From the NCBI RefSeq assembly GCF_001194135.2, contig NC_069000.1, positions 27,177,056 through 27,229,899 of the forward strand: a stretch of 52,844 nucleotides of DNA, written 5' to 3'. Origin of the DNA: Octopus bimaculoides. Taxonomy: Eukaryota. The notes below the pieces were generated by a model, which was not told the DNA's origin, did no database searches, and was given only the letters and a program-made list of their open reading frames with translations. This document shows positions 1-12,105 of this stretch, in pieces. Each line of letters begins with the position of its first letter. Within the stretch, counting starts at the first letter, position 1. The translations under genes were made by a program, and so were the position numbers.

Positions 1-320
1 ATAAGGGATCGGGGGACCCTGTCAAAGGCTTTCTCCATGTCAACGAAAGCCAGGTACAGAGGTTTATCCTTAGCTAGGTATTTCTCTTGCAACTGTCTCA
101 CTAGAAATAAGGCATCAGTAGTGCTTTTACCTGGCACGAACCCAAACTGCATCTCATCTAAATTGATTCGCTCCCTAATTAGTTGGGCTATGACCCTCTC
201 TGTAACTTTCATAACCTGATCTAACAGCTTGATGCCTCTGTAATTATTTGTATCTAAAGCGTCCCCTTTACCTTTGTAGCAGTTGACTATGATGCTGCTA
301 CACCAGTCATAGGGTATGAT
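1..320 (-). mobile_element. RTE-clade LINE reverse transcriptase fragment, runs off window start
   Basis: Stop-free minus-strand translation IIPYDWCSSIIVNCYKGKGDALDTNNYRGIKLL...DEMQFGFVPGKSTTDALFLVRQLQEKYLAKDKPLYLAFVDMEKAFDRVPRSL, covering RT domains 0-3. Confidence 0.88.
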
Positions 321-2289
321 TATTGTTTATATAAAAGAAAGGTGTTTATTTCTATTGGAAGCCTATTATGATTAGAGGTGTGCAAAGAAAAATGTATTCT
401 GTGGATACAGTGCATGACTTGGCTAAAGCGGGTTTTGGTGTCCAACAGACAAACGTTCAATATCATCATAAGAAGGTATATAAATTATAATACGATAGAC
501 ATGAGTATATTGCTAATCGAAGGAGAAAACACACGAGAAAAACGTATGTGTGGATTATAAACATGTACGTGCTCACTGCAAGTGCTTAATACGAAATATG
601 AAGGAAATATCAAAGGATGGAAAAAATTTTGAATACATCATACAAAGCAGAAGTATGTGGTCATGAATGTATAACCAAAATAGATGCACTGTTCGAGATA
701 GCCTTCCAAGTTGAAACTTTAAACACAACTGTCAAATATAATGCTGTATCAACTAAAAATGTTGAAAGAATTAACAAAGGTGAGCTAATTATAATCACCC
801 TTAATTTTTTACGTGTTGCTTACAAATATTAAAAACTGAAGGAATATCATTCAACAGTTAGGTTTGATCGAGTATAACAATAAAGAACCAATGGTCAAAG
901 ATCATCCTTTAAAAAAAATTAGAGACAATAAAATAAGAAAACCAAATGCAGAAACACAAAACAGTTTGAATTCGGTTGAATATTAAATTGACGAGCCACA
1001 TCTAAAATTTTATACAGGAACATATAAATAGAATCTACAGTTCATAACTGAACTAATACAGTGCGCTAATAATAAGAATATAATTACTGGCCATAACTGC
1101 ACCTGTGTTGTAGCCATGCTGGAGCGAAAATAACCGTACGTTGTTTTGTGTGTGTGTTACAATAATTTTTATCTAAGCTCACACATCAGCTGAACATACA
1201 TGTTTAGGAGTTAATAAGTAAAATCTTTTTCAGAATAATAAAGGTAATATGGTTCAATTATTAAGTAACAAAAATACAAAAGCTTTCTTTTTTAATATTC
1301 TAAGAAAAAATTATAATCAACCTAATTAGCAGAAAAAAAGAACGTTTAGACTCAAATCAGAAGTTACTTTCTTGAACAAAGAGAAAGTTTTGGAATTATT
1401 ATTTGCCACTGAGGAAAGAATTTGAAGAATTATTGACCAAGGTAGTGAAATAGAATATTTTAATACTTCACTACACGCGATGAAAACACCAAGTATGAAA
1501 ACAAATAGCTTAGAAAGGTTAGATGAGTGAACAGCATCTTTTTCTTATTACACTCAAAACGCTTTTCTTGAAATATATGTAATAACTGTTTAAAATACTT
1601 GAAAAAATTAAAAGCACTTTACACATACATGTGCATATGTTATTATCATTAATGAGATTCAGGAAGTAAATTTGAAAGAATTATAGAGGAATCTAGTCCC
1701 CCCCCCCCAGCAACAAATAACGCTGCAATTTCTTATGACAAACAAAACTGGTAATTTTAAACAAATGATAGCAAAACAAGCAAAAATGGCAAAATGAAAA
1801 GAGAAATTCGATGGAGATATGGCAACCTGGCTATTTAGAGCAGTGGTTCCACTATGTTAGTTGTCATGCCACCCTGAGTTGACATTCAGTAAAGATTTCA
1901 TAGTTGCAGTTTCCTTAAAAGACATTGGCACCAATCAGACTCTTAATATCCGTTCTCTCTTCCACTCTGTATCTTCACTTCCCAGTGTAACCACAAAGAA
2001 ACACCACTAGTTCTACTGTTGGATTGTTCTAAGCTATAAGGCCGATTAATGGTTTTTATGTGTCATTTTTCTCAGCTGTCGAGGTTACACTGATGAGCTG
2101 CCAGTTGTCTAGTAGTTACTGTTGTTTTTCGTTACCTATTACAAATTAGAAATGATCAACCTCAGTCTACTTTGCACAAGGACAGATCTTGGTTGGAACA
2201 ATTAGATTATTTCCCTAATAGTAGCAAATCAACAGGATCATATAACCCATAAACACAGATTGATCGAGTAGCAGTAAAAAGAGAAATAT

Positions 2290-2345
2290 ACAGATATAGA
2301 GTGAGAGAGCGAATAGAAAAAAGAGAGAGAGAGAATGAATGGGGG
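2290..2345. repeat. (GA)n purine-rich microsatellite
   Basis: gagtgagagagcg...gagagagagaga. Confidence 0.7.
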
Positions 2346-2863
2346 AGAAAATTGCGGAACAGAAAAATAATCAGACGGTATAATAGTAGTAGACGTCAAA
2401 TTTGAGGAGCTTCACATACGCGCGTACGCGCATGTATAATACCCAGATGAAATAAAATAACCTATAAGCACAGAGATCAAATAAAAGAGAAAGAATGATT
2501 GAGTGAATGGGGGGGGGGAGAAAGTGAGAGAAACGACAGTCAGTATACATTAGTAGTAGCAATAGTAATAATAAAATGAAAACGAACTTCCTTGAGAAAA
2601 ATAAAATTATACCTGGTTTAATAACTTTTTTCATCAAAACAAATATTATCAATCACTCACACGCAAACATATATATATTTATATATTTATATATATATCA
2701 AAATTTGCAATTAATTTGATTGATTTGAAGCAGTCGCCACTCATGACAACACCGACCCCACCTTCACTACCGGTTTTGTTTTTTAAGAACCAAACACAAG
2801 ATCTTTCTTATCCTAATTTCCTTCCGTATTTTTTTTTTTTTTATTTCTTGACAATACATAAGA

Positions 2864-2990
2864 GCTTACCAAAATATGTCCTATATCCGCTTGAAAGAGA
2901 CTGCAAAACGTCAACTGTTGAACGCTTCTCGAAAAGGGGCCGTTGCGTTAGGCCGACAACACTACTGCTGCACTTGCGCCTGCGCAGCAT
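2864..2990 (-). promoter_or_regulatory. Candidate host-gene promoter and non-coding first exon (leftward)
   Basis: Locally CpG-retaining non-repeat DNA, NRF1-like TGCGCCTGCGCA at 2975-2986, and a minus-strand donor TTTG|GTAAGC with the intron starting at 2869. Confidence 0.35.
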
Positions 2991-3214
2991 TTCATAAGTT
3001 GTGTAAAAAATTTGGAATACTCTTGGGGAAAACGAATCTCGTGCAATTACGAAAAAAGGCTGTGCGTTGGAGTTGATCAAATGTGTCTTTCAGTTATTTC
3101 TTTTTGCTTCATTTTATTATATGGTCTTTTTAGCCATCGCTATGGTTTCTTAACTCAAATACTAAACAGGGTCAGTTGTCTCTTTCGTCCCCTCGATGTG
3201 AATTAAATATGTTA

Positions 3215-3415
3215 CTTAAGCTGTGTTTATCGTTAGCACACCGGACAAAATGTTGAACGGTATTACGTTCTGAGTTCAAATGCCGCCGTGGTCGACTTTG
3301 CTTTTCCTCCTTTCAGGGTCGATAAAAGAAATACCAGTTCAATACTGGGGTCGATTCACCTCCTCCCTCGAAACTGATGGCCTTGTGCCAAAATTTGAAA
3401 ATATTATTATTATTG
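3215..3415 (+). mobile_element. SINE (octopus-type family) with (ATT)n tail
   Basis: gttctgagttcaaat B-box-like motif and ggtcgactttgcttttcctcctttcagggtcgataaaa core, shared with copies at ~5670 and ~18780-18935. Confidence 0.75.
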
Positions 3416-3785
3416 AGTGAGAGAGCAGCGCATGCCATCAAAGTGACACTGGGGTACAAATATACGAAGCCCAATATACCCATCATGACTACCCGTCTGA
3501 CAAGGGTACATCAAGCACATGCATCAAAACCATATGTGTACGACATGGTGATATCATATCACGATAAACAGCGCATGACCTTGCAGGTGGAGCCCAATTA
3601 GAATTTTCTTCGGGTCAAGTAGCCCATCCCACTCAAAAGGTCCCTAAATAAGGGTTGTTTAAGGATGGTGAACGAAACACCCATGTTTCCAGAGGTGAAT
3701 TATTCAAAGCCCAAAGAATTCCTCTTAACACATGGCTATGATGTTATTCCACTACTTCTGCTCTTGATCAGAGTTGTACACATCA
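3416..3785 (-). mobile_element. 3' end of an unclassified retroposon, tail-to-tail with the preceding SINE
   Basis: Minus strand ends ...ctgctctctcactc(aat)n in the shared ATT tract. Resembles a repeat I recall from octopus DNA; no protein motif. Confidence 0.45.
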
Positions 3786-3959
3786 TCAGTCACTAAGGAA
3801 CATGGTTATGGTCAAACAACTGACAAGCAAATCTTTGGTATTGAGCAGAATATTTGCTGTAGCCCATCTTTTATATGAAGACAAAACATGTACATTATAA
3901 CATCCACTCAGTTAAAATGAGAGCCAGTGTTTGGTACTGCATAAGGATATTTATTATTA

Positions 3960-5500
3960 TTAAAAATTATTGTACAGGTTATCCTTAACCGCATCAATAT
4001 ATAGCATATATCAATAAACAGCTTATATCCTGAATCCCAATGTGGATTTCTGACTGAGAAAAACACAGATGACATGCAAGTTCAATGAAAAAGCATGTGA
4101 ACAAAATACTGACTTGTATATGGTCTTTGTCAACTTGACCAAGGCCTTTGATACAGTGAATTGTGAGGCACTCTGTAAAAGTTTGTCAAAAGTTGATCTT
4201 CCTGATAAAATGATAAGAGTAGTAGTATCCCTGCATAAAGGAATGATGTCAACAGTGATATCTAGCAGTCAATGTTCATAGTCATTTCTGTTGCCACTGA
4301 AACCAAACAGGACTGTGTTTTAGCTCCTGTACTTTTTACCATATCCTTTTTAATTATGCTCCAACATGCTTTCAACAATTTCCATGAATATGTAAAATTC
4401 CAGTTTCAGACAGAAGGAGGCCTACTAAACCTGAAAGGGCAAAGTTTCAGATCAAAGGAAAAGACCAAGGAAGAGATTCTGCATGATTTCTCATACATTT
4501 GGAATTCAGGAAACAGTCAACAGGTTTGCTGTGGCAGCTCATGCATTTGAACTGATTATCAGTATCAAGAAAACTGAAGTTTTATTCCAACCAAAGCCTG
4601 AGGCAGAACATACTCAAGATTCAAATGTGATGATTGACTACAAGCCACTAAAATGGGTCAGGTCATTTAAATATTTGGGAAGTATAGTAAACTTTAAGAG
4701 AACTCTTGATGATGAAATCAATGTTAGAATATCTAAGGCTACAAATGCTTTTAGAAAACTTCTCCATTGTTTGTGCGATGAACACAGTGTCAGTCCGAAA
4801 ACTAAAATAAGTGTATACAAATTTTGTATTTTGAGTACACTTTTGTACGAGGTAGAAGCAGGGATTCCCTACTACAGACATACAAAAAAATTGAAACCTT
4901 TCACCTGTGCTTCTGTGCAATGTCTGCAACATAAAATGGCAAGATAAGATATCAACTGTCAAAATCTTAGAAAAATGTGGCATCTCCAGTATCCAAAGCA
5001 TGCTGCTGAGAATTCAGTGCAGATGGGTAGGACATGTTAGAATGAAAGATGATTACATTTCAAAAATTCTTTTGTGTGGCCAACAAGTAGAGGGATATCA
5101 CGGTAAAGGAAGACCTGTTCTTAGGTATAAAGTTGAAGTAATCGCTAAAATCTCTACAGCTTTTGAGAAAGTCATTGCCTAAATTGATCTGCATGGTGTA
5201 AAATGTGCCAAGATGCATCAAAACAATTTGAGTTGAAGAAACATAACAAGAAAAGAATTATATCCTGCAATCAACAGACATATTTGCCCAATCTCAGGCA
5301 AAATGAGAATCATCAATGTCCCTATTGTGTGTTAATAGCAAAATCGATGCCTGGACTCAAATTACATCTACACATCCATTGCAAATAGATGCAGCTTCTT
5401 TTGTTCTTTTATCTTTAAAATTTGTTTTCTCTTTTTTCTTTTCTTTAAATCATCTCCCTCAAACATTCATATGTCAAAATCGATGGGAGTGACCGTTATT
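3960..5500 (+). mobile_element. Decayed RTE (BovB-like) LINE, RT through 3' end
   Basis: ESQCGF, VFVNLTKAFDTVN, KQDCVLAPVLF, FKYLGS, RWVGHV-RM and a terminal C2H2 CPYC..LKLHLHIH; many frameshifts; (TAT)n tail near 5495. Confidence 0.85.
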
Positions 5501-5669
5501 ATTATTATTCAATGGTCTTATTTTTGTCATGTGCTTTCACTGCACTACTGAGCACAGCTCTGTGTACCTTGGGTATGTACAGTGGTTTATTGTGGTGCTC
5601 TTATTTTCACTGTATTGAAAGTGCTTCACATAGGATGTGCATAGTGCCTTATCATTATTACTGTTGTGG

Positions 5670-5855
5670 TTAGAAGGTAGTGAACTTGCAGAATCGTTAG
5701 CACACCAGGCAAAGTGCTTAGTGGCATTTTGTCCGTCTTCAGGTTCTGAGTTCAAATTCAACCAAGGTTGATTTTGCCTTTGATCCTGTTGTAATCAATT
5801 AGTCCCCTCCCCAAAAATTTCAGGCTTTGTGAAAGGATTATTATTATTATTATTG
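5670..5855 (+). mobile_element. SINE, same family as 3215-3415
   Basis: gaatcgttagcacaccaggcaaagtgctta...gttctgagttcaaatt...ttttgcctttgatcc, ending in (ATT)n. Confidence 0.7.
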
Positions 5856-8062
5856 TTTTACTTTTGAGAATGCTCGGTCTTGTTTGTTCTGGTAGATTCT
5901 GTGAGAGCAGATAGCAGCCTGCTGTCAGAGGTCTTACAAGGTCTCTTTCTGCACATTATAAGCTTTGATACTTGGTTGTTAATTATTGTGGGAGACATTA
6001 AACATCCAAGTACCAATCTCAAAATCCTAGCTGTCCCCAGCAGAGCAGTTTTTGGGGCTTGCTCTGGTCTCGTGTCAATTCCGATTTCTCTGACATATTC
6101 CTCGAACTTGGTTGTTAGTGTCCTGAGTGCCCCTACGACTACTGGAATGGCAGAAATTCTCCTCATAGTTCACATTCTTGCAATTTCATCTTTTAGTAGT
6201 CTGTATTTTTCCGTCTTTTCTAGTTCTTTGTCACTTATGCAGGTATTGCAATATCTGTAATCTTGGTTTCCTTTTTTCCTTTATCTCACAACAATATCTG
6301 GTCTCTGAGCATTGATTACGGAGTCACATTGGATTGTAAAATCTTACAGTATCTTATATTCCTTGTTCTCAGTGACTCCTTCTGGTTCATATTTGTATCA
6401 GTTCTGTGCTCTGTTCAGGCTGTACTTTTCACATAACTTCCAGTGGACAAACTTAGCCACATTATCGTGCCTCATTTTGTAGTGCTTTTGGGCCAGCTTG
6501 CTACACTCACTCAGAATATGTGAGATTGTTTCATTTCTGCTGTTACACATCCTACAAAAGGGTGATTCGTTATTCTTATTTATTTGGAACTTGGTGTAAT
6601 TAGTTCTCAGGGCTTTTTCTTGAGCGCTGCATATCAATGCCTCAGTGCATGCTTTCAGATCATCTTTTCTTAGCTATCTCCAAATGTTGATCTTGTCTTT
6701 TCCTTTGATTTCTCTGAGGTATTGCCCATGCAGTGATTTAATTTTCCAATTGTTACCCTGCATGTGTAGGTCGGATTTTCACCAAATTTGGCAAAAAAAT
6801 ACTCACTAGGTGAGTGGCTCGAAATGATGAAAATTTGGTTTGATTATCTTCAAACATACGTAAATACATACATAGATAGGCGACTGGGTGTGTGAGTGAA
6901 TGTGTGTGTGCAGTGATGGATTTGAGGATTTTGTTTATTTATGAGTTGATTTCTTAATTTCACTAGAGTATAGATACCTATAATGATAATACTTAAAAAA
7001 AAAAAAAAAATTTTTAATCAGACTTACAAATGTCCTGATAAGCAAGTTAAGTCAAACACAAAGCTTAATTCAGTTCAATTAAAAAGCTTGGATAAGCAAC
7101 GCAATGTAAGCCACACTATAATTTGTGAAAAAATTTATCCGTGTGCAGGGTATGTATCCCTCCTCCGATGCCTTTTTTTTTTCATTTACTCTTTCTTCTT
7201 CATCTTGTTTCTTAAATGTTTGTGGGTGCATCAAATTTTTGGTAGGTATTGTGTTGTTAATTCTAACAGCAGCAAGCAAGGATTCACTCTGTTGTTTGAT
7301 GCACCATCCTAGACTTTTCTTCTTGTTGACAAAACAGCTCTTGCATCCTATGAGGCCTTTTTCTCCCCTGTTCCTAGGCACATGCATTCTGTCAGTATTG
7401 CTTTTGGGGTGTAGTTCCTTGTTAATTGTCACCACAATTCCTAGTTTTTCCGTCCGTTTCTTCAAGCTCATTCTTTGTCCACCTAACAATACCTGTGCCA
7501 TATTGCATTAACGAAACAGCCCATGTGTTCATTGCCCTGATCTTGAGCTTACTTCTCATAATTAATTTGGTTCCTCTGAAATATTCTCACCTAAAGCTCT
7601 CCTTCATTTCATTTTCTTTGATTTTGTAGTATGCCAAAATCCCCAGATATTTATATCCATTAGTCTCAATATCCTTGATTTTCTCACCATCAGACAACAC
7701 TACTTTGCCACTTTGTATTATAAGCATACAACACATTTTAATCCCAATTTCCATTCCAATATCCTTACTGAATATCTGCACTGTTGAAACTAGGCCATTT
7801 GTTTCATGTTTGATCTTTCTAAAGATCTTTAAGTCATAATAGATGATTTAATTTTCCTCCACTTTTCAAGGTGTACCCCGATGTCACTTTCCGTAGTATC
7901 TGTGTGAGTAATATCATATAAATCACAAACAGTAATGGTGATAGGCTATCTCCTTGAAATATGCCTCTCTATGTTAACCCTCACCAAAAATTTTCCACAT
8001 GAATTTAACTCTGTATTCCAGTTTTTCATTGATTTAACAAAATTTGATGTTATCAGACACCT
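5856..8062 (-). mobile_element. R4/Dong-clade non-LTR retrotransposon, 5'-truncated, interrupted at ~6750-7180
   Basis: IFQGDSLSPLLF, YKYLGIL, LHPKSNTDRMHVPR, CCHC knuckle CRMC..ETISHILSECSKLAQ, RHDNVAKFVHW, RPD endonuclease region and KTALLGTARILRLVL; 3' end abuts (TAA)n. Confidence 0.88.
6750..7180. mobile_element. Non-autonomous insertion (Helentron/HINE-like or MITE) inside the Dong element
   Basis: Splits Dong ERVN|NWKIKSLHGQYL. Contains cggattttcaccaaatttggc, a microsatellite, and a 9-bp inverted pair taccctgca (6754-6762) / tgcagggta (7144-7152). Confidence 0.5.
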
Positions 8063-8064
8063 GT

Positions 8065-9000
8065 ACCAGCTCAAGACTTCTTGGCTCAAAAGTTGCTTAG
8101 AGCATCAGCAGCACTACTTAGTTCACAACTATGGTCACAAGTTCATATGGCTGGCATTTTTTATGAACTTCAGGTTGAACTGATAGTTGTTCTAGTACCT
8201 CTTCTTTAGGTTACCCTGGACACAACTGCTCTGCTCTAGTGCACTGTATAATAGTTGTCGTAGACCCCAAGAGTTGTCCATACAGAACATGTGAGCTTGT
8301 CTATCTGAGCTAAACTTTGAGAATCCTCTCCAGTACATCTGGAGTTCGCTCTGTCTAGGACAGTGAGGTTGGTAAGACAGCTTTGCTAGTGAATTTGCAT
8401 GATCGATCATAGAAAACTGTTGTGAAATACGTAACACAAGTCACTTTATGTGTTGGTGATATAACATCCATGTCTCACAGCCATACAAAATTGCAGAGAG
8501 CACAACAGCATTATTTTCAGTTAGGTAGAGAAGGTTCTTGTACTGCAGTACTTTAATGCAGATACTTCCAAGTACCTGGCTAGCTTTCTTGATCCTCAAT
8601 GTAACTTCTTTGTTGAGTTCTTCATTGTTTGAGATGATATTCCCCAGATATCTGAAGCTGCTGATGTCTTGCAGCTGTCCGCTATTGTGGAGTACTGCTG
8701 GCCGCAAGAGGATTCCATTCTTCTCTGGCCCAACAACTTTGATGCGACCAAGAATCTGTCTATAATTGTATCCTTGGTGTGCCATGAGTGTAGAGTCATC
8801 ATTCGATAGTTCTTCTATAATAAGTTTTTTGAGAGTTTTCGTGGGTACTTCAAGGCAACAAAGATCAAACAAAGCCTATCCTGGTGGTAGTTGAAGAAAC
8901 CCATGTAGTTGGGAGAGGAAGAGATTGGTAAAAAAAAATGCAGCTCAGCTTTACACTGCTGCCTTTGGTCAGCAGAGTCAAGTACCACTTCTCTGGGTGG
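8065..9000 (-). mobile_element. Decayed RTE LINE, 3' part (RT domain 4 to C-terminus)
   Basis: SSVKLSCI..LF (degenerate GVKQGC), EELSNDDSTLMAH (YADD equivalent), FRYLGNIIS, AILYGCETW, LRQLLYS..KKRY. Confidence 0.8.
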
Positions 9001-9680
9001 ATCCTTGCTAATTAAAGATAATGAGGCCAGCAATCCGGGGAAAGAGAGAGCATTTTGATCTGCTCCTAAACCACCCCTTCACTGTTGACAAATCAGCTCT
9101 TGACCAAATTCCCAGAAACCAGAACTTGGGCACTTCATTGACACTCCATACTTTAGCTGAAAGCCAGTAAAGTGATCAAGCAGATGAGCTGTGGCAAGAT
9201 ATCTTGCAGGAATAGCATTCCTAAATATTTGTACTAGCTTTAGATTAGGTGTTGTAGGAGGCATTCTACGATTTTCTAGTCAGTACTTGTGAAGAGAAAG
9301 AAATATCATCCAACTATAGTAGCCTTCTATAAAAACAAAGGCTTTTGATCAGACTGGCAACTAATATGACATCTCTTTGTTTCCCATTATGAGTAAGATC
9401 CAGGATCACATCATTATCCATAGGCTCGTCTCAAATTCTCTTTAATTCTCTGATCAGAATGCAGATTCATACTAAATATGACTTTCATTGTGAGGCAAAT
9501 ACAGAGAAATGCCTAAAGTAGAATTTGAACCTGTTCTTTTGTCTTCATTGATTTGAGGAAAGTTTTGACACAGTCAACTGATAAGTTTTATGAATCATCC
9601 TCAAAAAGACTGGGTTGCCCATCCAACTTAGCAACCTTATTCACTTCTACCATAATGATATAACTGGAGAAATGCTCTCA
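9000..9680 (+). mobile_element. Inverted 5' part of the same RTE LINE (pre-RT to RT domain 3)
   Basis: With frameshifts: EHFDLLLNHP..VDKSALDQIP, KQMSCGK, IVAFYKNKG, FIVRQIQEKC, VFIDL..FDTVN, ILKRLGCPSN. Confidence 0.72.
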
Positions 9681-9689
9681 GCTGACAAA

Positions 9690-10530
9690 CATAGAAATAC
9701 ATACATGCTGTGCGTGAGAAGACCCGGCAAGCCAAGTGAGACCTAAATCCAAGGCCTCTGCCAGGACTGTAGCCAGCTCACTTATGCGTACCTTTCCTAC
9801 ATTGGACACTAAACTCCGCTTGCGAAGACTTGTTGAGGCAAGTGAAATCGAAATCGGGATAGCACCTGTGCCCAGCGTCACCTTTCTGGCACTTGTGCCC
9901 GTGACATGTCATCTCCTTCATTGGACATGAAACTCAGCTTGCGAAGATTTATTGGGGCAAACGAAATTGGGATAGCACCTGTACCCAGCGTCACCTTTCT
10001 GGCACTTGTGCCTGTGACATGTGTAAGGATTTTTGAGCGAGATCNNNNNNNNNNNNNNNNNNNNNNNNNNNNNNNNNNNNNNNNNNNNNNNNNNNNNNNN
10101 NNNNNNNNNNNNNNNNNNNNNNNNNNNNNNNNNNNNNNNNNNNNNNNNNNNNNNNNNNNNNNNNNNNNNNNNACATAAAATGCACCATTTTGAGCGTGGC
10201 CATTGCCAGTACCGCCTGACTGGTCTTCGTAGGATTTTCGAGCGAGATTGTTGCCAGTGCCCCTGGACTGGCTCCTGTGCGGGTGGTACATAAAATACAC
10301 CATTTTGAGCATGGCCATTGCCAGTACCGCCTGACTGGCCTTCGTGCGAGTGACACGTAAAAGCACCCACTACACTCTCTGAGTGGTTGGCGTGAGGAAG
10401 GGCATCCAGCTGTAGAAACTCTGCCAAATCAGACTGGAGCCTGGTGTTGCCATCTGGTTTCACCAGTCGTCAGTCAAATCGTCCAATCCATGCTAGCATG
10501 GAAAGCGGACATTAAACGATGATGATGATA
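9690..10530 (+). mobile_element. Retroposon 3' region (LINE 3' UTR or SINE) with ~115-bp internal tandem repeats and (GAT)n tail
   Basis: Direct repeats 9795-9908 / 9915-10022 and 10174-10288 / 10288-10345; terminal ggttggcgtgaggaagggcatccagctgtagaaa...ccatgctagcatggaaagcggacattaaac(gat)n; N gap inside. Confidence 0.7.
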
Positions 10531-10534
10531 CTGC

Positions 10535-11982
10535 AGCAGAAGCATGTTCACAGTTTGGCTCTTTACCTTCAAGTTCCACAGAACCTCATAATTAAAGTTT
10601 TTTTTAACCATTTTCCATTTACCAGGCCCTGCATGCAAGACATTGTTTTACTTTCAAACATTACCTCTTACCACTACTGCTGACCTTTTCACGCCTGTAC
10701 AGCATTGTCTACTTACTAGAAATAGCAGTCATCTGCTCGTCAATATTTCTCAGCTAAATACGCAACCATTTTTCATGCTTTCTTTTGCATTTCTTCATTT
10801 TGATTTTTCAGCATTTCTTCATTTTGATCCACTCCCATGCCAAGTTCACTTTTTTTTATCTACTGTTTGCGCTCTACTTTTCAGTTTGATCATTTTTGTT
10901 TACAACTGCTGTTGTGAATTTTTGCCTCTACATGAAAAGTCATTTTCCTGCTTCGTATGGTTGGAGAATGGGGATACTTGGATTTTCTTTCAATTGCATG
11001 GCACCTTTTTATCCTGCATTTTTTTATCATTCTTCTTCAGCTTTGTTTGTCAGAGATTACAAGGAGTTAAAATCTTTAAGTTGGATTCAGCAGTTTGCTA
11101 CTGCCACTTTTAGGGTCTTCATTTGTCATCTTCAAACAGAATCACCTCCATTTGCACCAATTCAAAGTTGCCATCTTGGATTTCAACATTTTCTTCACCA
11201 TCAGTGTCAGCAGATACTTTTCTTCACCTGCAATGATTTTTTATTTCAACCTGCTTACCTGTGAGAGCTTCACATCTCATTTTTGCTGCCATTCTACATC
11301 CTTTTTTGCAGAAGCTATGGCAACCAGCAAACTTCAACATCCTTCTTTGTCACAGTGTTTATTGCTTACCACTGTTTTCACTACTGCAAGTCCAGCTTAC
11401 TCACGATCATTCCTTTGTACCAGCTCATCACTTACAGCATTTAGTGGACTATCTACAGATCATGAACTTTTTGCATCTTTACATCATTGGACTCATTTTC
11501 TTTTGACCTTTTGGTACTTCTTCGGAATTCCCCCCACACTATAACTTTTGAACCAGTAATTTTTTTTTTTCAGATTCATGTTTTTGATATCGGAGATTAC
11601 AATTTAGCAAAAAAAAAAAAAAACTTTAACTTTTGAAATGCTGGTAGCCAATCTGCCTTCAACAGATGAATCTGAAAAAATAAAAAACAAAAGATTACTG
11701 GTTCAAAAGTTATAAAGTGGGATTTTTACAAACTTTTGGCTATTTTTCATAGTAGTTGATGTATTGTACATGTTTATTTCACAGTTTTGCTCATACTTTT
11801 TTCTCTTTTTTTATTGCATTTCCTTTTTGTACATTTTTGTTCTTACCATTTGTTGTACATTTTTCCTTCTTGCTAGAGTTTTTTTTTTTCATATCTTTCC
11901 CTTGCAGTCATTCTTCTGGTCCGAGGGTAGTTGTAACAGATGCATGTTTACAGTTTGGCTCTTTACCTTTAAGTATCGACAT
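10535..11982 (-). pseudogene. Decayed K/E/N-rich reading frame of unknown origin, split by a MITE
   Basis: Starts AAAATG MSILKGKEPNCKHASVTTT; the motif L(K/E)GKEPNC(K/E)HAS recurs at 10541-10575; long plus-strand shadow ORFs; many stops on the presumed sense strand. Confidence 0.4.
11533..11721. mobile_element. MITE with ~45-bp terminal inverted repeats
   Basis: cccacactataacttttgaaccagtaat(T)ncagattcat (11533-11579) versus atgaatctgaaaa...attactggttcaaaagttataaagtggg (11666-11721). Confidence 0.8.
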
Positions 11983-11989
11983 TTTGGTT

Positions 11990-12105
11990 CAACGCCATTG
12001 CTTTCTGCAAGTGGTCACATGACCTGGTCACACATTGACAAACCCAATCATGCCAATTAGATGCTTTAAGTTACCCAATCAGACCATCTGACAGATCAGC
12101 CATTT
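11990..12105. promoter_or_regulatory. Promoter-like motif cluster (possibly bidirectional)
   Basis: GTCACATGAC at 12014-12023, three CCAAT boxes (12044, 12053, 12075), and YY1-like CGCCATT (~11993) and CAGCCATTT (12097-12105). Confidence 0.4.

Noticed and set aside
1838-2200. Possible hAT MITE (cagtggttcc ... ggttggaac)
   Set aside because: The terminal match is too degenerate and no TSD was found.
9795-10345. CRISPR-like spaced direct repeats
   Set aside because: Units are ~115 bp contiguous tandem copies with no unique spacers, no cas genes, and a eukaryotic context.
10643-11544. Long plus-strand ORFs (156, 122, 149 aa) as real genes
   Set aside because: F/S/L-rich composition typical of the antisense shadow of a purine-rich decayed frame; no recognisable domain.
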